A DNA stretch of 64,000 bases, from positions 1 through 64,000 of the forward strand of contig CAWAWS010000025.1 of assembly GCA_963785725.1 (NCBI GenBank), written 5' to 3'. The DNA comes from an uncultured delta proteobacterium (GTDB lineage: Bacteria > Myxococcota_A > Polyangia > Palsa-1104). A program made the position numbers and the translations under genes. Below are positions 9,211-20,225 of this stretch, in pieces (within the stretch, counting starts at the first letter, position 1; each line of letters opens with the position of its first letter). The notes beneath the pieces were generated by a model that saw only the letters and a list, made by a program, of their open reading frames with translations, was not told the DNA's origin and searched no databases.

Positions 9211-9920
9211 CACGCCTACTGCTCGCGTTGGCATGCGTGGCCGCGACGACCGGTGCCGCGTTCGGCGCGGACGCGCCCACCAATGGTACCGCCGCGCCGA
9301 CGACCAGCGCGCCACCGAAGCCGCCAAAGGCCAAGAACGTCCCGCCCCAGCAGCTCGACTCGGCCAAGCTCAGCGGCGACAGCCCGCAGCTGCCCGATGC
9401 CGTCAAAGCGTTCTACGCGATGGCCGGTCAAGTGAGCGGCTCGTACAAGATGTGTGTCGACACCAACGGCGACGTGGCCATGGTGACGGCGGTGCAATCG
9501 ATCCCCGACGGCGACGACGCCGTCATGGCGACGCTGCGGACCTGGAAGTTCAAGCCGCAACCCGACGGCGCCATCTGCTCGATGCAGCGGTTCGTCTTCA
9601 AGATCGGCAAAAGCCCGCCGCCAGAGCCGCGCGCCGCCAGCGGCCGCTCTGGGAACGACCTCGTGAAAGTCAGCGGCGACCAGCCGCATCTGCCCGAGCA
9701 GCTCAAGCTCAAGCTGGCCCACGACCACGTGCGTCGCGTCACCGGCGTCTACCAGATTTGCATCGGGAACGACGGTCACGTCAGCTCGATCAAGCCGCTT
9801 CAATCGATCGCGGGTGGCGACGAAGCCATCATGACGACGTTGCAGACCTGGACATTCCAGCCGCAGCAGCACTGGAAGGCGCTGTGCTCGCCGAGCGTCT
9901 TCACCTTCGACATCGGGTGA
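9207..9920 (+). CDS. Secreted protein with two Cys-containing TonB C-terminal-like repeats
   Basis: ATGA overlap; signal peptide; Pro-rich linker; two repeats (SGD.PxLP...GxYxxCxxxxG.V......SI..GD.A.M.TL.TW.F.PQ....CS...F.F.IG). Confidence 0.7.
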   Translation: MTRLLLALACVAATTGAAFGADAPTNGTAAPTTSAPPKPPKAKNVPPQQLDSAKLSGDSPQLPDAVKAFYAMAGQVSGSYKMCVDTNGDVAMVTAVQSIPDGDDAVMATLRTWKFKPQPDGAICSMQRFVFKIGKSPPPEPRAASGRSGNDLVKVSGDQPHLPEQLKLKLAHDHVRRVTGVYQICIGNDGHVSSIKPLQSIAGGDEAIMTTLQTWTFQPQQHWKALCSPSVFTFDIG

Positions 9921-9963
9921 TTCGGGCTTCCGCACCATCCCATGCTACCGTTGAGCCGGGCGC

Positions 9964-11623
9964 ATGAAGATCGGCACCCGCATTACGTTCACGACGGTGG
10001 CGCTCGTCATCCTGACCCTCACCTTGTACGGCTGGGTCAGCCTCCGCACGCGCAAAGCCGAGCTCAACGTCGACCTCGAGCGGCAGATGGAGCTGGTCGG
10101 CGGCTCGGCGCGTGTCTCGCTCGAAGCCGCGCTCAAAGACGGTCTCTTCGAGGACACGCGCAAGCTCGTCGCCCGCTGGCAAGACGCCGAGCCGACCATC
10201 CGCTTCATCTACTTCGACGTCGCGCACGCCAAGGTCGGCATGCAGACGCCCGGCTTCGTGGCCACGCGCGCCGCGCCCGACGCCGTGCAGAAGCCGACGC
10301 CGTCCGATCCCTTCGGCGACGACGGTCTCTTCGTCTACCTGCCGGCGCCGGCCGATCCGACGAGCCCGCAGCGCCTGCAGCACGCGACGATCGAGAAGCA
10401 GGCCGTCGGCGATCACATCGAGCTCGACGGCAAGCGCTTCTACGCGCTCATGGAGCCGGTGCGCGACCAGGAAGATCGCGTCGTGGCCGCCATCGAGCTG
10501 GTGCGCGACGAAGACGACCTCGAGCTCATCCTCGAGACCTCGCGCAAGCGCATGCTGTGGGCGCTCGTCGGCGTCAGCGTTCTTCTGGCCCTGACGCTGT
10601 GGTTCTCGACGCAGCAGACGATTCTCGAACCCGCTCAAGCGCCTCGTGGAGGCGATCGACGACGTGACCCACGGCGATCTCGGCCGCGTCATCCTGCGCG
10701 AGCGCGACGACGAGGTCGGCGACTTGGCCGAGCGCTTCAACGAGATGACCGGCTCCTTGCGTGACGCGCGCGAGCAGATCCTCGCCGGCGTCGACGGCAA
10801 ACTGGCGCTGGAAGCGCGCCTGCGCCACTCGGAGAAGCTGGCGACGATCGGCCAGCTCGCCGCCGGCATCGCGCACGAGGTCGGCACGCCGCTGGCCGTC
10901 ATCGGCGGCCGCGCGCGCCAGATGGAGAAGAAGGCCGACAGCCCCGTCGACGTCGCCAAGAACGCCGGCATCATCGCCGTGCAGACGCAGCGCATCACCA
11001 AGATCATTCAGCAGCTGCTCGACTTCGCGCGCCGGCCGGCGAGCGTGCGCCGGCGCGTCGACCTGTCGCGCGTGGCGCAAGACTGCCTCGACTTCCTCGA
11101 GCATCAGCTGGTGACGTCGCGCGTGACGGCGACGCTGCGCGGCTTCGCCATCGACTCCACGCGCACCGACGGCTCGGCGGCCGTGCTCTTGCCGCCGGAG
11201 TCGCCGCTGGTGCTGGCCGACTCCGATCAGCTGCAGCAGGTCTGCCTGAACCTGTGCGTCAACGCGATCCAGGCCATGCCGCAAGGCGGAACGCTGGAGC
11301 TGTCGACGCGCGCCATGGTCCGCCGCCGCCCCGGCCTCGACGCCGCCGATCCCGGCCGCTACGTCGTGCTCGAGGTGGCCGACACCGGCGTCGGCATCCC
11401 GCTCGAGGACCGCGAGCGCATCTTCGAGCCGTTCTATTCGACCAAGCCGAGCAACCAAGGCATCAAAGACGGCGGCACCGGCCTCGGCCTCGCCGTCTCG
11501 GTCGGCATCGTCAAGGACCACGACGGCTGGATCGACCTCGACTCGCGCCCCTCGGGCGGCACCATCTTTCGCGTCTTTTTGCCCGCCGCCGAGCCGGAGC
11601 TCCCGCGCGCCGCCGCTGTCTGA
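9964..11623 (+). CDS. Membrane sensor histidine kinase (2 TM, HAMP, HisKA, HATPase); +1 frameshift near 10630
   Basis: N-half ORF 9964-10764 has two TM helices. C-half has HAMP (RDDEVGDLAERFNEM), H-box AGIAHEVGTPL, N-box NLCVNAIQAM, G1 DTGVGI, F FEPFYSTK and G2 GTGLGL. Removing one C from GAACCCGCTC joins the frames (ILEPLKRLVEAID). Confidence 0.9.
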
Positions 11624-11641
11624 TTCGCTTAAGAGGCGAAA

Positions 11642-11817
11642 ATGGACATCCTTCGCGAGGCCGGTCTCCCGGTGTGGGTCGGATTGGCGTTTGGCGCGTG
11701 GTCGCCCTTGCGCGCCTGGCGTTACACAATTTGGACTTCGCGCTCGGCCTGGCAGCGGCGGCTACGCTCGTCGCGACCAGCGGTCGCCGTCACGGTGGCG
11801 TCGCCAGCGCCGGGTGA
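11642..11817 (+). pseudogene. Probable degenerate fragment of a small membrane-protein gene
   Basis: RBS AAGAGG plus ATG; hydrophobic start MDILREAGLPVWVGLAFGAW; a second hydrophobic stretch (NLDFALGLAAAATLVATSG) continues in another frame. Confidence 0.3.
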
Positions 11818-11838
11818 GCGTGCTATGACAAGGCAACG

Positions 11839-13359
<1,521 letters not shown>

Positions 13360-13362
<3 letters not shown>

Positions 13363-13482
13363 AAACGCAGCAGGCGGGCCAATCGCTGCGTTGTCGCTGC
13401 GCTCCGCTGCTCACGGCCCCGGGCGGCCGCTGCGCTGCGGTGCTCGCTCCGCCTTGCGCTTGGCCCGCCTGCTGCGTTTTCA
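13360..13482. repeat. 123-bp MITE/REP-like palindromic element between convergent genes
   Basis: Perfect 23-bp inverted repeats TGAAAACGCAGCAGGCGGGCCAA (13360-13382) and TTGGCCCGCCTGCTGCGTTTTCA (13460-13482) enclose a GC-rich internally structured core (CTGCGTTG...CGCCTTG). Confidence 0.8.
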
Positions 13483-13531
13483 CGGTCGCTACGTTTCGGA
13501 CGCGAGTGGCGCGACTGCGGCGGCGTAGCGG

Positions 13532-15451
13532 CTAGAAGTGCTTTTTCTTGGGCGTCCACCACTCGGTCGAGGACGAGAAGTCGAGCTTGGTGAGCATGGC
13601 GCCTTCGGGCAGTGTCAGGCGCAGCTCGTTGACGCCGGCGTTGACCGCTTCGGCCGGCACGTCGAGGCGCGCGCCGCCGGGGATGGCCGTGACCGGCACC
13701 GTCACGCCGTTCCATTCGGCGCTGCTCGCGCCCGCCGGAATCGCGCCCAAGATGCGCACGCCGAGGCGCTCAGCCGCGAACATCGGCAACAGCATGCGAA
13801 TCGGCCCGGTGACCCGCGCCGGCGCATCGGTGTTCAGCGTCAGGCCCGAGAGCACGTTGGCGCCGGCGTCGACGCGATTGAGCGTGAGGATGTGCGTCTG
13901 CACCGAGAGCCACTGGCCGTCGCGATCGAGCAGCCAATTGCCGACGATGCCTTCGAACGCCGTCAGCGGCGCGTGCCACCTGAGCGCGAACAGCCAACCG
14001 GCCGGCTGCACGAACGGATAGCCGATGGCGCCGAAGAAGCGGCCGAGCGGCGCCGGCGCGTGCAGATCGTCGAGGAAGCGCTGCGCCGACCGCGCGTAGG
14101 CGCCCGACGACGGGATCTTGCCGTTGCGCATGAGCTCCATCGCGCCCACGTTGAGGACGAGACAGAGCGCGACGAAGGCGGCCAGCGTGCGCCGCGCCCA
14201 GCCGACATGCTGCACGCGCGCCCAGCCGAGCCCGAGCGCCAGCGCCAGCCAGACGACGCCGTCGGACAGCCGGCGCGCGCCGTAGCCGTAGCCGCCCGTC
14301 GTCACCCAGGCCGAGGCCACGACGTAAACCTCGAGCGCGAAGATGCCGGTCAGCATCCACGCGAGCTGACGGGCGCGCGCCGCCATCGGTGAGGCGGCGT
14401 TGGCGAGCGCGAGGCCGATGACGGCGGCGTAGAAAATCGGCGACCAGGGAAACAGCCCGCCGCGCGTCGAGAACAGCGACACGGTGAAAAACGGCGTCGA
14501 CCAGCGCAGCGGCTCCACTTGCGCCGGCTGGAGCGGCGAGCCGGTGTAGTACCACCAGACGAGCATTTGCGGCGTGAAGGCCACGAGCGTCGCCACGGTC
14601 AGCGCGATGCCGGCGACGAGCCAGCGACGACGCCCCTGTGGATCGTCCCCGCGCACGACGTGCCACGCCGCTTCCAGGCCGGGCAGCAGCAGCCACAGCC
14701 CCTCTTGCGCGCGGAAGCTCATGCCGAGGCCGCCGACGAGGCCGAGGAGCGCCATGCGTCGCCAGCCGGCGTCGCCGCGCGTCGCGTCCCAGCGCTCGAC
14801 GAGAATCGCCGTCGTCGCCAGCGCCAGGCCGTGCTGATAAAACGGCTGCGTCACGGCGTACCACGCGATCGGCGTCGCCCACACGGCCGCCGTCGAGCCG
14901 ACGCGCGCCGCGCCGCGACCGGCGTGCCGCTCGACGAGCACGAACAGGTAGCGCCAGGCGACGAGCACGCCGGCCAGCGTGCCGAGGCCGCCCACTTTGG
15001 CCTCGAACGGCGCCTCACCCGTCAGCGGCGGTGCCAGGTTCACGAGCGCCGCCAGGCCATGCAGCGCGCAGGCGACGAGATAGAACGGCATCCACACCAA
15101 CACCGGCCCGAATGGGCAGCGGTTCGGCATGTGATGACCCGGTCCGCTGGTGCCGAAATAGGGCAGGTATTGTGGCAGCACCGACTTCATGTCGAGCGTC
15201 TGCTTGAAGACGATGGCGCGCAGATATTGAAAGCCGAACCAGCCGTCGCCCGAGGCCTTGCCTTGGAACACGCCCGGCGTCACCAGGTAATAGACGACGA
15301 GCAGGAGCATGCCGACGGCGATGACGCGGTCGCCGGCGCACAGCCAGCGCGCCCCGTCGACCATCCAACCGAGCGCCCGCCGCCAGGCGGCGGGCCGGTC
15401 AGACTTCGACGCGATTTCGGCCGGCTTGCTTGGCACGATAGAGCGCCGCAT
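13532..15451 (-). CDS. Polytopic membrane protein, probable GT-C fold (ArnT/PMT-like) glycosyltransferase; start uncertain
   Basis: First loop ASGDGWFGFQYLRAIVF..LD, NR.PFGP.L.W.PF, LFSTRGGLFPWSP and GGYGYGARRL motifs typical of GT-C-like proteins; many TM segments. Alternative starts at 15436 (GTG) or 15364 (ATG). Confidence 0.65.
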   Translation of the reverse strand: MRRSIVPSKPAEIASKSDRPAAWRRALGWMVDGARWLCAGDRVIAVGMLLLVVYYLVTPGVFQGKASGDGWFGFQYLRAIVFKQTLDMKSVLPQYLPYFGTSGPGHHMPNRCPFGPVLVWMPFYLVACALHGLAALVNLAPPLTGEAPFEAKVGGLGTLAGVLVAWRYLFVLVERHAGRGAARVGSTAAVWATPIAWYAVTQPFYQHGLALATTAILVERWDATRGDAGWRRMALLGLVGGLGMSFRAQEGLWLLLPGLEAAWHVVRGDDPQGRRRWLVAGIALTVATLVAFTPQMLVWWYYTGSPLQPAQVEPLRWSTPFFTVSLFSTRGGLFPWSPIFYAAVIGLALANAASPMAARARQLAWMLTGIFALEVYVVASAWVTTGGYGYGARRLSDGVVWLALALGLGWARVQHVGWARRTLAAFVALCLVLNVGAMELMRNGKIPSSGAYARSAQRFLDDLHAPAPLGRFFGAIGYPFVQPAGWLFALRWHAPLTAFEGIVGNWLLDRDGQWLSVQTHILTLNRVDAGANVLSGLTLNTDAPARVTGPIRMLLPMFAAERLGVRILGAIPAGASSAEWNGVTVPVTAIPGGARLDVPAEAVNAGVNELRLTLPEGAMLTKLDFSSSTEWWTPKKKHF

Positions 15452-16355
15452 CGGCGAGCGCGATGAGCTTGACGCTCATGTCTTCTTGTTGCGGCGCCGT
15501 CGCCGTCGCATCGGCAGCCGCCGGCGCGGCCAGGCCGGCGTCGAGCGGGAACACGCTGATGCCGACCGACGCCGTCACCGTCAGCGCGATGCCGGCTCTG
15601 GTCGCCAGCTTCAGCCCTTCGACGACGCGCCGCAGCCGCTCGCCGAGCACGATGGCATGCTCGCGCGCGATGCCGCGCACCAAGACGGCCAGCTCCTCGC
15701 CGCCATAACGCGCCAGCACGTCTTCGGAGCGCAAGGTGTCGGCCAGGACGTCGACGACCGCACACAAGACCTCGTCACCGACGGGATGGCCGTGCGTGTC
15801 GTTGATCGCCTTGAAGTGGTCGAGATCGAGCATCAACAGCGCCAACGGCTGCTCGTGACGCTCGGCAAAGCGCACCTCCGCCGCCAGCCGCTGCAGGAAA
15901 TAGCGGCGATTGAAGGCGCGCGTCAGGCCGTCGCGCAGCGCCGACTCGAGCAGCTGGCGTTGCGCCTTCTCCTCCACTTCGTCGTAGCGCGCGAACTTCA
16001 AGACCGTGGTCTGGCCGACGCGGATCTTGGCGCCGTCCTTGAGCACGCGCTCGGAGATGCGCTCACCGTCGACGAAGGTGCCGTTCTGCGAGCCGAGGTC
16101 GGCGAGCAGCGCGCCGTCGGCCACGGGCGTGACGCGCGCGTGCCGCCGCGACACGCCTTCGTCCTCGGCCAGCCGCAGCTGCGCCTCGGCGTCGCGGCCG
16201 ATGATGATCTCGCCGTCGACGGGGAAGATCTCGCCCAAGTGCGCGCCGGCGATGACGACGAGGCACGGCCGCTTCGGCCCCTGCACGTCGCCGGTCAGCC
16301 GAATGAGCGGCGTGGCGTTGGTCTCGTCGTTGAAGCCGCCGGGGCGATCGGCCAT
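15399..16355 (-). CDS. FHA-GGDEF diguanylate cyclase
   Basis: FHA (IIGR..., VSRRHA, DLGSQNGTFVDG); GGDEF domain with DLDHFKAINDTHGH.VGD, RSED I-site and RYGGEEL active-site loop. Confidence 0.93.
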   Translation of the reverse strand: MADRPGGFNDETNATPLIRLTGDVQGPKRPCLVVIAGAHLGEIFPVDGEIIIGRDAEAQLRLAEDEGVSRRHARVTPVADGALLADLGSQNGTFVDGERISERVLKDGAKIRVGQTTVLKFARYDEVEEKAQRQLLESALRDGLTRAFNRRYFLQRLAAEVRFAERHEQPLALLMLDLDHFKAINDTHGHPVGDEVLCAVVDVLADTLRSEDVLARYGGEELAVLVRGIAREHAIVLGERLRRVVEGLKLATRAGIALTVTASVGISVFPLDAGLAAPAAADATATAPQQEDMSVKLIALADAALYRAKQAGRNRVEV

Positions 16356-16361
16356 GGCCCG

Positions 16362-17084
16362 TTATTGTATCACGGCGCGCGTCGCCGCCGGACGGTTGGT
16401 GATGACGCCGTCGACGCCCAGCGCCGACAAGAGGCGCAGCTCGGCCGGATCGTCGACGGTCCAGACGTTGACCGCGTAGCCGCGAGCGTGCCACTGGCGG
16501 ACGTTGCGCGCGTCGACGAGCACGCCTTCGGGATGCAGCGCCGTCGGTCGCAACAGCGGCGCCATCCAGGCTTCGCGATTGGGGCGCGCCTGATCGTGCG
16601 CGAACAGAAGCCCGGTCGCGATCTGCGGCGCGCGCCGGCGAAAGCGACCGAGCAGCAAGGGATCGAACGACGAGACGAGCGTGTGCGCCGCCGCGTCGTG
16701 ATGCGCGACCAGCGCCGCCACTTGCGCGGCCAGACCGTCGTCGACGAGGCGCTCGGCCCACGTCGGCGCCGACTTGAGCTCGATGTTGACGAGCAGCCCG
16801 TTGCGCTCGGCCAAGACGTCGTCGAGCAGCGGCATGCGCTCACCGCCGCCGAGATCGATCTCGCGCAGCTCGTCCCAGCGCAGATCGCGCACGCGTTCGG
16901 GACGCCGGCCGAGACGGCTCATATCGTCGTCGTGGAAGACCACGACCTCGCCCGACTGACAGCGCGTCACGTCGAGCTCGATGCCGTCGGCGCCTTGCGT
17001 GCGCGCCAAGCGGAACGCCGTCAGCGTGTTCTCGAGCGCGTCGGCCGAGGCGCCGCGATGGCCCCACACGAGCGGCGGCGCCAC
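16362..17084 (-). CDS. Glycerophosphodiester phosphodiesterase (GDPD/UgpQ-like)
   Basis: WGHRGAS..LENTL.AF, ELDV, VVFHD, NIELK, VSSF, VWTVD and GVDGVITN.P. Start placed at GTG 17084; an ATG at about 17110 in another frame may indicate a 5' indel. Confidence 0.9.
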   Translation of the reverse strand: MAPPLVWGHRGASADALENTLTAFRLARTQGADGIELDVTRCQSGEVVVFHDDDMSRLGRRPERVRDLRWDELREIDLGGGERMPLLDDVLAERNGLLVNIELKSAPTWAERLVDDGLAAQVAALVAHHDAAAHTLVSSFDPLLLGRFRRRAPQIATGLLFAHDQARPNREAWMAPLLRPTALHPEGVLVDARNVRQWHARGYAVNVWTVDDPAELRLLSALGVDGVITNRPAATRAVIQ

Positions 17085-17119
17085 CGGTCCGCGATGCCAA
17101 CCTCGTCCATTGCGCGCGC

Positions 17120-18238
17120 TCAGGCGGTCAGCTCCCACGGCGGCTGCAGCCGCGCCGAGTCGACGCGCACGCCCAGCTTGCCGAACGCCGCTTCCCAGCG
17201 CGGGAAATCCTCGATCAACAGCCGCGCCGTCGACTCGTAGCCGTAGCGCAGGACGCGGCGACGCGAGGCGAACGCCATCGGGTTGGAGAGGAAAATATCG
17301 CCCTCCTCGGCGCGCGGCTCGACGAGCAGCATCGTCGCGTGCGGATGCGAGGCTTGATAGCGGCGAATGCCCGAGTAGAGCTTGGTGCGCGTCGACATTT
17401 TGCCGGCCTGGTTGTACACGGCCAGCATTCCTTTGTCGCGGATGTGATGCGCGCCCACGAGCGGCGTCGGCAGATCCTCGCGATCGGGATCGTTGAACAC
17501 CGGCACCTGCGGGTTGACGATGACGATGAGCTCGGCCTCCCGCGCCAGCGCGATGTCGGCGTGCGCCGCTTTGCCGACGGCGCCGTCGATGTAATCGCGC
17601 CCTTTGAAGCGCACCGGCTCGAAGAACAGCGGAATCGCCGACGACGCGCAGATGGCGGTGGCGATGGGAATGTCGGCGATGGCGCCCGGTCCGAAGATGG
17701 CGCGATGGCCGCTGTCGAGATCGTTGGCGGTGATGTAGAGCTCGCGCGGCACCTCGCCAAAGCGCGTCGGCAGCGCGTGATGACGCAGGAAACGCTGCAA
17801 GAAGCGCTCGTAATGGCGCAGCGAGAAGACGCCGGCAGGCAAGGCGTCGCCGAAGTCGGTGATGAGCTCGGCGAGGTCGACCTGGCCGCGAATGCCGCGC
17901 GCCAAGGCCGAGAAGAGCACGCCGCCGACGTCGCGCAGGACGCCCAAGCCTTGACGTGCGTCGAAGCGGTAGATGTCGGTGCGGCGCGCCGGGAAGAACG
18001 TGGGATCGTCGTCGACGGCGGCACGGAACATGCGGCGGGCGCGCACGCCCGAGGCCGTCACCGTCGCCAAGAGGCTGCCGGCCGAGGTGCCGACGTAGAT
18101 GTCGAAGTCGTTGACGCCGAAGCTGCGGCCGTTGTCGACGCGCGGCGCCGAGAGGAAGTCTTCGATGGCAGCGAGGGCACCGATTTCGTACATCCCGCCG
18201 ACGATGCCTCCGCCGCACAAGCAGAGCGCAGTCCGCAT
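17120..18238 (-). CDS. Patatin-like phospholipase
   Basis: Oxyanion LCGGGIVG, nucleophile GTSAG, ASSAIP and catalytic YIDG. Confidence 0.92.
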   Translation of the reverse strand: MRTALCLCGGGIVGGMYEIGALAAIEDFLSAPRVDNGRSFGVNDFDIYVGTSAGSLLATVTASGVRARRMFRAAVDDDPTFFPARRTDIYRFDARQGLGVLRDVGGVLFSALARGIRGQVDLAELITDFGDALPAGVFSLRHYERFLQRFLRHHALPTRFGEVPRELYITANDLDSGHRAIFGPGAIADIPIATAICASSAIPLFFEPVRFKGRDYIDGAVGKAAHADIALAREAELIVIVNPQVPVFNDPDREDLPTPLVGAHHIRDKGMLAVYNQAGKMSTRTKLYSGIRRYQASHPHATMLLVEPRAEEGDIFLSNPMAFASRRRVLRYGYESTARLLIEDFPRWEAAFGKLGVRVDSARLQPPWELTA

Positions 18239-18260
18239 CGCTCGATCGTATCATCGGCGG

Positions 18261-19133
18261 ATGCACGAGGATAGGCCGAGTCTCACGGCGCGCTGGGTGG
18301 CCATGGGCCGCTCGCTGGGCGCCATCTTGCCCGACGGGGCGCAATTGATCGACGATCCGTACGGCGCGCGTGTCGTCAGCCGGCCGATGGCGGCGCTGCT
18401 CGGCCTGGCCCGCTGGCAGCCGCGCTTGCGGCCGCTCTTGCGCGGGGCGCTGTGGCCGCTCTTGACGGGCGCGACGGCGATGCAGATCCGCACCCGCGTC
18501 ATCGACGACGAGCTCGACCGCTTCTTGGCGGCCGGGGGTCGTCAGCTGGTGCTGCTCGGCGCCGGCTTCGACGCGCGCGCCCATCGCATGGCGGCGCGGC
18601 TCGGCGAGACACGCGTCTTCGAGGTCGACCATCCGGCGACCCAGCGGGTCAAGCGCGACCGCTTCGGCGAGGCGCGGGCCACGTACGTCGCGTGGAACTT
18701 CGAGCGCGACGCGATGAGCGAGCTGCCGGCGCGGCTGGCGTCGCTCGGGCACGATCGGACGCAGCCGACGTTCACGATCTGGGAGGGCGTGACGATCTAT
18801 CTGACCGAAGGCGCCATCGAGGCCACGGCGGCGACGGTGCGAGCCTACTCGGCGACGGGCTCGCGGCTGTGCTTCACGTATGCGGATGCGCGGGCGCTGA
18901 CGTCGACGCGGCTGCGCGGGCGGCTGATTCGCGCGGCGGTGCGACGGGTGGGCGAGCCGTTTCGGTTCGGCTGGCTGCCGAAGGAGCTGGCGGGCTGGTG
19001 GCAGGCGCGCGGCTTCCGCGTGCTGTCGGACGTCGTCATGGGCGAGGCGGGCAATCGCATGCTGCCGCCGGCGTGGGCCAAGCGCGGGTCCTCGCGGCAT
19101 CGGCATGTGGCCACGGTCGAGCCGGTCGGCTGA
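18261..19133 (+). CDS. SAM-dependent methyltransferase, LCM/TIGR00027-like
   Basis: SLTARWVA..R, DDPY, RTRVIDD, QLVLLGAGFDARA, FEVDHPATQ..K and WEGVTIYL. Confidence 0.92.
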   Translation: MHEDRPSLTARWVAMGRSLGAILPDGAQLIDDPYGARVVSRPMAALLGLARWQPRLRPLLRGALWPLLTGATAMQIRTRVIDDELDRFLAAGGRQLVLLGAGFDARAHRMAARLGETRVFEVDHPATQRVKRDRFGEARATYVAWNFERDAMSELPARLASLGHDRTQPTFTIWEGVTIYLTEGAIEATAATVRAYSATGSRLCFTYADARALTSTRLRGRLIRAAVRRVGEPFRFGWLPKELAGWWQARGFRVLSDVVMGEAGNRMLPPAWAKRGSSRHRHVATVEPVG

Positions 19134-19379
19134 CGCGGCGGCGCGGCGGCGCTTCGCGCGCAACATGTCGATGCCCACGTGGTGCTTCTCCGCGGTCTCG
19201 AGCGAGGTGCATCCGACGCTGCCGACCACCGGGTGGTTCGATCATATGCTGGTGGTCGTGCCCGGCGAACGCCCGGTATGGCCGCTGCGCGCTCGCGAAC
19301 CCGCTCGTTGGTGAGGTTGGCTCTGCTGCGACGTAACCGGCGAAGATGACGCTCGCCCGAGCGCCTGAGCGCGGGTGAC

Positions 19380-20225
19380 TCAGCGACGCAGCGACGCCGG
19401 CTGCCGGCCGTCGACGTCGACGAAGCCGTACTCGTGCGCCAGCTCGGCGACGACGAGCGCCTGCCCCGACTTCGTCATGCGCTGCGGATCGGCGGCGAGC
19501 GCGGCCACGGCGCGCCCCGAGAACGTCGGCGACTCCGAGTTCGCGCGGTCGTACGGAAAGCGCGCCGCTTCGATCTCCAGCCGCTCGGTGCGGACCACCC
19601 CCGGCCACAACGAGACCGCGCAGACCTCATGTTTGGCCAGCTCTTTGCCCATGTCGCGCGACATGCGATCGACGCCCGCCTTGCCGACGCCATAAGCGAC
19701 GTTGACCGCGTAGATCTTGGCGCCGAACGACGAGACATTGACGATCAGCCCCGACCGTCGCTGCACCATGCCACGCGCGCAGAAATGCGCGGCCACGTAG
19801 TGCGAGCGCAGGCCGACGCGATGCATCTCGTCCCAGAAGCCGAGCGGCGCCTGCCAAAACGGGACGTAGAGCTCGCCCGCGGGAATGGCGAAGGCGTTGT
19901 TGCACAAGATATCCACGCGTCCCGACTCGGCCTCGACGCGCGCGACCAGCGCCTCCACCTCGGCGTCGACGGCGTGATCGACCGCGACCGCAATGCCGCG
20001 CCCGCCGAGCCGCGTGACCTCGGCGGCGGTCGCATCGATGGTGCCCGGCAGCGCGCCTGCAGCGTCGGCGGCGCGCGAACGACCGGTCACGTACACGGTC
20101 GCCCCCGCTTCGCCGAGCCCGAGCGCGATCCCTTTGCCGACGCCGCGACTGGCCCCGGTCACGATCGCGATCCGCCCCGCCAAAGGCCGCTCGCCGTCGC
20201 CGCCACCGTTCTTTTGCGCGCTCAC
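19380..20225 (-). CDS. Short-chain dehydrogenase/reductase (DHRS1-like)
   Basis: TGASRGVGKG, ILCNNA, NVSS, YGVGK catalytic motif and SLWPG.V.TE; GTGA overlap with the upstream gene. Confidence 0.92.
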   Translation of the reverse strand: MSAQKNGGGDGERPLAGRIAIVTGASRGVGKGIALGLGEAGATVYVTGRSRAADAAGALPGTIDATAAEVTRLGGRGIAVAVDHAVDAEVEALVARVEAESGRVDILCNNAFAIPAGELYVPFWQAPLGFWDEMHRVGLRSHYVAAHFCARGMVQRRSGLIVNVSSFGAKIYAVNVAYGVGKAGVDRMSRDMGKELAKHEVCAVSLWPGVVRTERLEIEAARFPYDRANSESPTFSGRAVAALAADPQRMTKSGQALVVAELAHEYGFVDVDGRQPASLRR

